A DNA stretch of 64,000 nucleotides. Source: an uncultured Desulfurococcales archaeon. GTDB taxonomy: Archaea > Thermoproteota > Thermoprotei_A > EX4484-217-1. The position numbers and the translations under genes are program-made. This document shows positions 57,330 through 64,000 of the stretch, in pieces (position 1 is the first letter of the stretch; each line of letters starts with the position of its first letter). The stretch is taken from positions 16,348 to 80,347 of the forward strand of contig CAZLZO010000001.1 in NCBI GenBank assembly GCA_964564025.1, given 5' to 3'. The notes under the pieces were generated by a model. That model saw nothing but the letters and a program-made list of their open reading frames with translations, had not been told where the DNA came from and did no database searches.

Positions 57330-58262
57330 CTAGATTTCCCCTTCAAAATACTTCTTAAAGAACCCTACATATTTAAAACCGTCATCCGGAAACATGAGAA
57401 CAAATACTCCTTCAGCACCTTCCTTAACTAATTTCTTAAACGACCAATAAACAGCCCCGGAGCTTAAACCTATTAGTATGCCTTCCTTCCTAGCTACTTC
57501 TATTGATGACTCCACAGCATCTCTTAATGTAACATCTATCAAACCGTCTATTTGTACTTGGAAAAACCACTTAGGCTTTGTTTCAATTCTCTTAATTCCA
57601 GGTATGCTATGGCCTTTAGCTGGCTGAACAGCATATACTTTTGTTTTACCGAAAACTTCCTTAATTCTCTTTGAAATGGCAGCTACATGGCCTGACGTGC
57701 CTGTTCCGCAAACTACGTAGTCTGGTGTTTTCTTTAAAGCTTTCATTTGCTCTACGATTTCTTTAGCTGTGGTTTCATAATGCATTTTGAAGTTAACGTC
57801 GTTTTCGAATTGGTTAAGATTGGTTGCACCAATTTCTTCAGCGTGTTTTCGTACATAATTCCAAAACTCCGGACCTATGGTTTCATATTCTGTAGTAACG
57901 TATTCTGCTCCGAAAACTTTAAGCAATATAGGGACAGTTTCTGAAACTTTCTTTGGAAGGTAGGCTCTAAACTCTCTATCGTAAATTCTTGAAAGCGCTG
58001 CTAACGCTAAGCTTGTATTTCCTGAGGAAGCTTCTTCAATAACATCTTTAAGTAAACCTTTATCATAAGCATCTTTAATCATGGCCCAAGATATTCTATC
58101 TTTAATACTTCTACTGTATGGATTGTAGAATTCAAGCTTAGCCCAAACCTCTACCCTACCTATCGATGACTTTGAAAGCTTAACTAATGGTGTTGGCAAA
58201 TTACCTATAAATAATTCTAAAGTGTTTTCAAATATTCTATATTTCCAAAGCTCTTTTTCCAT
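57330..58262 (-). CDS. PLP-dependent cysteine synthase/CBS family enzyme (CysK/CysM/CysO-like)
   Basis: 310 aa. 'NPYSRSIKDRISWAMI' (PLP Lys), 'EASSGNTSLALAA', 'GTGTSGHVAA'. Confidence 0.75.
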   Translation of the reverse strand: MEKELWKYRIFENTLELFIGNLPTPLVKLSKSSIGRVEVWAKLEFYNPYSRSIKDRISWAMIKDAYDKGLLKDVIEEASSGNTSLALAALSRIYDREFRAYLPKKVSETVPILLKVFGAEYVTTEYETIGPEFWNYVRKHAEEIGATNLNQFENDVNFKMHYETTAKEIVEQMKALKKTPDYVVCGTGTSGHVAAISKRIKEVFGKTKVYAVQPAKGHSIPGIKRIETKPKWFFQVQIDGLIDVTLRDAVESSIEVARKEGILIGLSSGAVYWSFKKLVKEGAEGVFVLMFPDDGFKYVGFFKKYFEGEI

Positions 58263-58375
58263 GAGCTCAACCTCTTCCTTTAAATACGTATGGTTAGAGC
58301 TTAATAGTTATTCGTCACTAGAATCTAGTGGTTAAAATAGGTTAAAATAAGAAAATAATATTAACGCCGTTAAAG

Positions 58376-58626
58376 GTGATAGAAAATTACATTAAAGGAA
58401 AAAGTCATAGACTTAACAGGTAAGTCATCAGAATGTAGAGATCATCCAGTTCTAGACTTAACTAAAACATTCAATAATATGAAGAAAGGTGAAAGAGTAA
58501 GATTCATAGTGGATTCCATGGAAATTCCCTTAGAAATAGTAATTACACTAGCTAAAGTGAGAAACATAAGCATAAGCATCGTTGAATCTAAGGGTAACAG
58601 ATTAATTTTCGTTGCTGAGAAGAAAT
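58376..58626 (+). pseudogene. TusA-like sulfur-carrier gene with apparent frameshift in an A5 run (or 49-aa remnant starting at ATG 58479)
   Basis: Frame beginning 58383 encodes 'KVIDLTGKSSECRDHPVLDLTKTFNNMKKGERVRFIVDS...NRLIFVAEKK', TusA-like with Cys. Only in-frame start is ATG 58479, after the Cys. GTG 58376 is in the -1 frame and joins across 'GGAAAAAG' (58397-58404). Confidence 0.35.
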
Positions 58627-58723
58627 AGAACTACGTATTAAATGACCTATTTCGACTACTAAGCGCTAGATAAGCGTTAGGTAATTTAAACATCATTAAT
58701 CATTTATTTTTAGGAGGCAAACT

Positions 58724-59038
58724 ATGAGTTTAAAGTATGAAACAATAATTGATGGTAAAATAGTTAAAGCAGTATATGTAGCTAAAGACGGCGTAATAAA
58801 CGAAGTATGGCCTCCGAGAAGTTTAGACAAAAAGACAGAGGATATGCTTAAGAAATATGTGCTTTCTTCACCAAGAAAGTTTATAATGCTTACAGGAAGT
58901 TCATTACAGCACATATTTCTAAGTATAAAACATAGTGAAAAGAATATAATATTGAAAATCTCTAAGGGAGTTCGTCCAGAGAAAATACTTCAAAAAGTAG
59001 CTATAGTACTTATAACATTAAAGCATTCATATAACTAA
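58724..59038 (+). CDS. hypothetical protein
   Basis: 104 aa. No motif recognised. Confidence 0.3.
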   Translation: MSLKYETIIDGKIVKAVYVAKDGVINEVWPPRSLDKKTEDMLKKYVLSSPRKFIMLTGSSLQHIFLSIKHSEKNIILKISKGVRPEKILQKVAIVLITLKHSYN

Positions 59039-59518
59039 TTCAACAACATGCAAACCCATGTTTATAGCGGTATATGATATATATGATGAAAAAATTACTC
59101 CTAGAATTATTGAAAACGCTGCTTTATCGTAGCTTATATTGAACAGTTTTGCCACTAAAGCTCCGGTCCACGCTCCACTTCCAGGTAAAGGTATAGTTAT
59201 GAACAAAATAAGCCCTGGAACACCGTATTTTTCAACATACTTCCTAGACTTATTGCGAATATAGTTAACATACTTAAAGTAGAATGCTCTTATAAGCCTA
59301 GATCTGAAGGGGAATGCTTTTCCCTCCTTAATTTTCTCTTCCACTTTATCTAGAATCCAGTAAAGAGCAATACCTATGAGTATTGTTGGTATAGAAATTG
59401 CTAGAGGAATTATAGGTGACTTAATATTTAAAGCGATCATCACATATGCAACGGCAACTCTAGCTTCAAAACCAGGAGCAATAGTTATTATGAGAACTTT
59501 TAGTGCCTCTTCCAACAT
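59027..59518 (-). CDS. small membrane protein (COG2426/'small multidrug export'-like family)
   Basis: 163 aa, four TM. 12 bp downstream of the PP-loop gene on the same strand. Confidence 0.4.
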   Translation of the reverse strand: MLEEALKVLIITIAPGFEARVAVAYVMIALNIKSPIIPLAISIPTILIGIALYWILDKVEEKIKEGKAFPFRSRLIRAFYFKYVNYIRNKSRKYVEKYGVPGLILFITIPLPGSGAWTGALVAKLFNISYDKAAFSIILGVIFSSYISYTAINMGLHVVELVI

Positions 59519-59530
59519 TGTAGTGTAGCC

Positions 59531-60484
59531 TCAAATAACTTTCAAGGAAATTTTCATTTTAATCTCACATGCTTTACATACCTCCTTAGCTGAAGGCTCA
59601 CCACATATTTTACATTCAGTAAATTTGTACATTTTGTATCTAGATAGTTTCTTTCTCATTTCATCGATTTTAATCATTAACCTATATTTAAAACCGGAAT
59701 TTTCGGCTTCAACTTTGTTTAAAAACTTTCTAATATCCCACCTTAATGAGTAAGGGGCATAAGGGCATTCAACGTAAGGGGTTTCTAAACCAACTATTAT
59801 TGAATGTATTAATGACTCTTTCTCATACATATAGTGTAAGGGCCTAATCCTTGGAACAAGTTTTGGATGATCAGCTTTTACTATTATGCCACCACGTATT
59901 AGGGATTGAAAATCGCCTCTAATAATGTTCATAATGGCTGTTTGCAAGTCATCATCTAGATTATGCCCTGTAACCAAGTATTCTGCTCCAAGTTCTCTTG
60001 AAACTTTATTTAAAAGATAACGTCTAATAACCCCACATACTGTACATGGTTTCCAATCTATTTTACCATCAAAAAACAGTTTTGCTGCATCATCTACTGT
60101 GAAACTAAAAGCGTTTTTAACATCAACTAAGAGGTATTCTACGCCTAGTTTTTCAGCAACATTCTTTAAAGCTTTAATCGTATGTTCTCTGTAGCCAGAA
60201 ATTCCTTCATTAATTAGTAATGCTTTAACTTCAAAACCATATTTTTCTGAAAGCTTCTTCATAACGTAAAGCGCGTTTAAACTATCCTTACCCCCTGAGG
60301 TCGCTACAGTAAATAGTTTACCTGAAATCCCAGAGAGAACACCTGCTTTAGAAAGCGTTCTTTCGGCCTTCTCTAAGAAATAATTTTGAAAACATTTTTT
60401 ACAGAAATACCTTCCCTCATAAGCTACTTTAATAATGGCTTTCTCCTTTCCACATATTGAGCAAAGAGGCATTTCTATGATCAC
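59531..60484 (-). CDS. PP-loop ATPase of the Ncs6/NcsA/TtuA tRNA 2-thiolation family
   Basis: 317 aa. N-terminal Zn finger 'CSICGKE...CKKC', PP-loop 'SGGKDS', Fe-S ligands 'PCTVCG...GHNLDD...ECPYAPY', C-terminal Zn finger 'CKICGEPSAKEVCKAC'. Confidence 0.75.
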   Translation of the reverse strand: MIIEMPLCSICGKEKAIIKVAYEGRYFCKKCFQNYFLEKAERTLSKAGVLSGISGKLFTVATSGGKDSLNALYVMKKLSEKYGFEVKALLINEGISGYREHTIKALKNVAEKLGVEYLLVDVKNAFSFTVDDAAKLFFDGKIDWKPCTVCGVIRRYLLNKVSRELGAEYLVTGHNLDDDLQTAIMNIIRGDFQSLIRGGIIVKADHPKLVPRIRPLHYMYEKESLIHSIIVGLETPYVECPYAPYSLRWDIRKFLNKVEAENSGFKYRLMIKIDEMRKKLSRYKMYKFTECKICGEPSAKEVCKACEIKMKISLKVI

Positions 60485-61119
60485 TTTTCTATAGTTCTAA
60501 ATGGACATATTTTAGCGTAGAAACAGTACTTACATTCCCATGACCATCTTGGATGCATGCTATTATGTATTGTTTCAACAACTAGTGATTCAACATCTAA
60601 CGGTTTCTTTTCAATATAAAATTCGGCTAGTCTATCAGGAGTCACATACAGTAGAAGGCCTGCTTTTCTATCGAAAATATTAAGATAAATTTGTAACTGC
60701 ATTAAATGGTGGTCATGAGGTATTCCTAGGTCGCTTCTCGCTGTTTTTATTTCAACAACATAGTTTTCATTTAGAGCATCAACTCTTCCTTTAATCTTAA
60801 CTTCTCTGTTATCTATAGACACTTCTTTTTCAAACTCTACTTCCACTTGAAAACCCTCTTCCTTAAGAAAACTTTCAATACCTATGTGTACCATGTCACC
60901 CAATATGTGAGCTGGTTCAAACTTAAATGCTAATTCAGGATACCTTATTCTGAATTCCCTTTTTTGACTACATGAAACCATATCCGTAACGTAAACTATG
61001 TTAGGGTTTGTTGCATCCTTAAAATGCTCTTTGTAATCGCTTAAAACTCTTCGATAAAGTTTTTCCATAACTATGTTTGATGCTTTAAACTTCTCTGTTA
61101 AATGCAATTTACAATACAC
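60481..61119 (-). CDS. Cas4-like (DUF83) PD-(D/E)xK nuclease with 4-Cys Fe-S cluster
   Basis: 212 aa. N-terminal 'VYVTDMVSCSQKREFRIRY', 'GRVDALNENYVVEIKT' (D...ExK), 'QLQIY', C-terminal 'CKYCFYAKIC'. Stop overlaps the PP-loop start by 4 bp. Confidence 0.65.
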   Translation of the reverse strand: MYCKLHLTEKFKASNIVMEKLYRRVLSDYKEHFKDATNPNIVYVTDMVSCSQKREFRIRYPELAFKFEPAHILGDMVHIGIESFLKEEGFQVEVEFEKEVSIDNREVKIKGRVDALNENYVVEIKTARSDLGIPHDHHLMQLQIYLNIFDRKAGLLLYVTPDRLAEFYIEKKPLDVESLVVETIHNSMHPRWSWECKYCFYAKICPFRTIEK

Positions 61120-61303
61120 CTTATCTTCTACTCTTATTACAGGTAATTTAAAACTAACTTTACTTAGTGGTTACCTAGCGAGAATACTTTTGTTAAAGCA
61201 TTAAATTCTCGTTAATTGAAATTATTATTAGTAATTTCTTCTAAATAATATATATTACTGATACTTCTTCATAACCATGAACTACGATATTTAAGGAGAG
61301 CAG

Positions 61304-62491
61304 GTGTTAAGGAAGATGAGAAGGTTTCAAACCAAAGCTATCCATGGACATGTATTTTACGATGAAAAGTATGGAGCCTTTATCACACCGATATATCAAA
61401 GTGTTGTTTATGAGCAATTCGATAGAAAAACGGGCAAGTTAAGATTAACTGATAGAGGATTTGAGTTAAAGTATTCACGAGAGGAAAATCCAACCGTTAG
61501 AATGCTTGAAAGAGTTTTAGCTAAGCTTGAAGAAACGTATGATTCCATAGCGTTTAACAGTGGTATGGCGTCTATTTCCTCAACACTCTTCTCCCTTATA
61601 CATTATGGAAGCGTTATCCTTGTACCTTATGAGGTTTATGGAACAACATTGCATCTCATAGATAATATGGGTAAGTTTGGTGTTAAAGTAGTTAAGATTT
61701 ATCCTTCAACAGAAGCTATAATCGAGAATATTAGCGAAAACATAGATGTTATTTTCATAGAAACAATAACTAATCCTACATTAAAAGTATTGGATGTTGA
61801 GCAAATAGCTAAAGTAGCTAGAGAAGTTGGAGCAAAACTCATTGTTGACAACACATTTGCATCTCCCGTAATATTTAATCCCATAAACGCTGGAGCACAT
61901 GTAGTTGTTCATAGTGCAACTAAGTACTTAGCAGGACATAATGATGTATTAGGCGGTTTTTCAGCTATAGATGATGTAGAATTGATTAGGGAGATATGGG
62001 ATTGGCGTAGAAAGCTTGGCTCAATAATTCAGCCATTAGAAGCTTATCTTATACTTAGAGGAATTAAAACGCTTGAAATAAGATTTAAGAAACATAGTGA
62101 AAATGCACTAGCCATTGCCGAGTTTCTTCGAGAACACCCTAAAGTTGTTGAGGTATTCTATCCCGGATTAAAAGATAGTCCATACTATAGTTTGGCTTGT
62201 AAAATGTTTAAGAAAAGACTTTTCGGAGGAGTCGTTTCATTCAGGGTTAAGGGTAGTATGGAAGATGCGAAAAAGGTTCTTCTTTCAACATCAATTATTA
62301 AGCCTTCTCCAAGTCTTGGTGGAGCAGAGTCACTTATGACTCTTCCAGCTCTAAGTTCAGCTAAGTATATTCCGAAAGAATATAGGGAACATGTAGGCAT
62401 CTCTGATAATCTTCTAAGACTTTCTGTGGGGTTAGAAGATGTCGACGACATTATTGAAGATTTAGATAAGGCACTGTCAAACTTAAAGTGA
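61304..62491 (+). CDS. Cys/Met-metabolism PLP-dependent enzyme (cystathionine gamma-synthase/beta-lyase/O-acylhomoserine sulfhydrylase family)
   Basis: 395 aa. 'SATKYLAGHNDVLGG' PLP-Lys region; 'ETITNPTLKVLD'. Confidence 0.8.
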   Translation: MLRKMRRFQTKAIHGHVFYDEKYGAFITPIYQSVVYEQFDRKTGKLRLTDRGFELKYSREENPTVRMLERVLAKLEETYDSIAFNSGMASISSTLFSLIHYGSVILVPYEVYGTTLHLIDNMGKFGVKVVKIYPSTEAIIENISENIDVIFIETITNPTLKVLDVEQIAKVAREVGAKLIVDNTFASPVIFNPINAGAHVVVHSATKYLAGHNDVLGGFSAIDDVELIREIWDWRRKLGSIIQPLEAYLILRGIKTLEIRFKKHSENALAIAEFLREHPKVVEVFYPGLKDSPYYSLACKMFKKRLFGGVVSFRVKGSMEDAKKVLLSTSIIKPSPSLGGAESLMTLPALSSAKYIPKEYREHVGISDNLLRLSVGLEDVDDIIEDLDKALSNLK

Positions 62492-63148
62492 TAGTAAAGC
62501 AATACTCCTTATAACATCCGCTACATCCTCGCATCTATCCTCTGCGTTTTCTATAGAATCTATTGTTTCCTTAGCTATAATGCATGATGAAGCCTCTGTT
62601 TTATCGCACCATTCAAGTACTTTAGCTAATCCTCCCACACGTATCTCGTCAACTTCTTCTTCAAGACTCTCTATTTTATCAGCTATTTCGAGGGCCTCCT
62701 TAGGGTTCTCGTAAATCTCCATTATAGCGTCTTTTATTAGAAGAGTTGACTCATAAACTTTAGAAGCCATTTCGTAAAGTATTTTTAAAATTTCCTCAGG
62801 TATTTTAGCCGAAGACGGAAGCATAAGTTTTCGTGAAGCAGATTTTACGTACGCGGCAATATCGTCAGCTGTTAATACAAGTCTTATAAGGTCCTCCCTA
62901 TCTATTGGGTGAAATATTCCTTTAGAAAGTTCAGCGATAATGCTTCTTTTTATTTCATCAGCTTCTCTTTCTAAATTAAAGACTTTTCTATATTCTTCTC
63001 CAGCTTTCTCCCTATTCTTTCTAATACAGTTCTCTAAAAGCTTTTTAAGATGAGCAGTTTCCTCTATGACCTTATTTATATGTGATAGACATAAAGCAAT
63101 TATTTCTCTTTGCCTTCTTCTCCCAATCCAAGCCCATGTTGTGGCCAT
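62483..63148 (-). CDS. DUF47 (PhoU-like) protein associated with PiT phosphate transporter
   Basis: 221 aa, helical. Acidic 'E..D' repeats resembling PhoU_div. Directly downstream of the PiT gene. Confidence 0.6.
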   Translation of the reverse strand: MATTWAWIGRRRQREIIALCLSHINKVIEETAHLKKLLENCIRKNREKAGEEYRKVFNLEREADEIKRSIIAELSKGIFHPIDREDLIRLVLTADDIAAYVKSASRKLMLPSSAKIPEEILKILYEMASKVYESTLLIKDAIMEIYENPKEALEIADKIESLEEEVDEIRVGGLAKVLEWCDKTEASSCIIAKETIDSIENAEDRCEDVADVIRSIALLSL

Positions 63149-63177
63149 ATTTTAAAACACCTACATGATTAACTTTA

Positions 63178-64000
63178 CTAAACCACGGGAAATAAGTTTG
63201 AAGCTAAAATGTAAACTGCAAAGCTTAAAAACGCAGCAATAGGAACTGTTAGTATCCATGAGATTATAATGTATCCTACAACTTTCCAGTCAACACCCTT
63301 TAAGCTTCTATTTTTAGCTATTCCTACACCTATTACTGAGGATACACTAGCATGAGTTGTTGAAATAGGCATTCCATAATTATACAGTAGCTTAGGTATT
63401 GTGCTAAAGCCCCATACAATAATAGCGTTTGAAAAAACAGCTGCTGAAGCTGAAATATAATCTAGCCTTGTTATTTTAAATCCGACAGTGTTTATTACCT
63501 TGTATCCCCACGTTAAGGCGCCTACAGTTATTCCTACAGCTCCAAGTAGCGCTAAATAGAACATTGTTGTCATATCAGGTGTTCCCATAACTTTTGAAGC
63601 TACCGTAATGTACACTCCAGTAGCATTTCCTACGTCATTGGTTCCGAAAGCGTACGCGGAAAATGCTAAATTAAACAATAGGAAGCCTTTAAAGAACTTA
63701 TCAACATTTTTACCTTTAGATATAAGGTATTTAGCTACTTTTTCTAATGCAAAATATATTGTTATGCTAAGTATTATAGCTAAAAGAGGAGAAGTTATCC
63801 AGCTAAGAATAACCATGTAAACTACTTTCCAATTTATTCTCATAACGCCTTGAGTATACATGTAAGCTAAACCTATACCTAAAACCGCACCAACACTACT
63901 ATGAGTTGTTGAAACAGGTAACCCCTTCCAAGTAACAAAAGTTATCCATAAACCTGCCATAAGGGAAGCTATTAATGCGCCTAACGGGTCAATATCTTTA
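63178..64000 (-). CDS. inorganic phosphate transporter, PiT family (5' end beyond window)
   Basis: 'GLPVSTTHSSVGAVLGIGLA' and 'FGTNDVGNATGV' PHO4 motifs. Reading frame stays open past 63960 to the window edge, so the gene is truncated by the window. Confidence 0.75.
   Translation of the reverse strand, partial: KDIDPLGALIASLMAGLWITFVTWKGLPVSTTHSSVGAVLGIGLAYMYTQGVMRINWKVVYMVILSWITSPLLAIILSITIYFALEKVAKYLISKGKNVDKFFKGFLLFNLAFSAYAFGTNDVGNATGVYITVASKVMGTPDMTTMFYLALLGAVGITVGALTWGYKVINTVGFKITRLDYISASAAVFSNAIIVWGFSTIPKLLYNYGMPISTTHASVSSVIGVGIAKNRSLKGVDWKVVGYIIISWILTVPIAAFLSFAVYILASNLFPVV

Noticed and set aside
58321-58345. Small palindrome CACTAG-aat-CTAGTG upstream of the TusA-like remnant
   Set aside because: A 6-bp stem is too short to be significant on its own. 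Mentioned only as a possible minor hairpin.
1-64000. CRISPR arrays, tRNA/rRNA genes, transposases/integrases
   Set aside because: No intergenic region exceeds ~510 bp and none shows repeat-spacer periodicity. No T-loop/acceptor-stem tRNA-like segments were found in intergenic DNA. No transposase, integrase or tRNA-adjacent att-like duplications were seen. The Cas4-like gene is therefore treated as stand-alone.

Overview
The window is an AT-rich (roughly 35-38% GC by eye), tightly packed chromosomal segment that reads as archaeal, most plausibly from a hyperthermophilic crenarchaeon of the Desulfurococcales type. That placement is an inference from gene content: herA and nurA beside mre11 and rad50, tmcA, an Ncs6/TtuA-type PP-loop thiolase, an AbrB-PhoU regulator, and Mrp subunits. 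I found no rRNA, tRNA, CRISPR array, transposase or integrase.

In order, the window contains:
- a TsaA/YaeB-family gene;
- a leuA-family/leuB/leuC/leuD operon;
- an orphan DUF4258 toxin-like gene;
- a sugar-type ABC importer (two permeases plus an ATPase) with no binding-protein gene of its own;
- an eight-gene Mrp-type cation/proton antiporter cluster in a non-canonical order, opening with a truncated NuoL/MrpD-like gene;
- tmcA;
- a nucleoside phosphorylase downstream of an 858-aa protein that fuses two unrelated solute-binding domains;
- a MATE transporter;
- a 1062-aa SF2 helicase whose C-terminal ~590 aa carry no recognisable domain;
- an MFS transporter;
- an AbrB-PhoU regulator;
- pdxS-pdxT transcriptionally fused to a complete ECF-type importer;
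- a DUF1028 protein;
- feoB, with a DtxR/IdeR-like palindrome on its promoter;
- endonuclease III;
- a ROK kinase;
- an mre11-nurA-herA-rad50 double-strand-break repair operon;
- molybdenum-cofactor maturation genes (mobA-like, xdhC, fdhD);
- MTAP;
- an LLM oxidoreductase;
- a sulfur-trafficking neighbourhood: a cysK-like gene, a tusA-like gene broken by a frameshift in an A5 run, a cystathionine-synthase-family gene, and an Ncs6/TtuA-type PP-loop gene that overlaps a Cas4-like (DUF83) nuclease by 4 bp and is followed by a small membrane protein;
- a DUF47-PiT phosphate pair that runs off the window end.

The best candidates for an undescribed system are the Cas4-like/PP-loop/small-membrane-protein operon (59027-61119) and the single-gene helicase with its large unknown C-terminal half (23295-26483). 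Both are hypotheses from sequence only.
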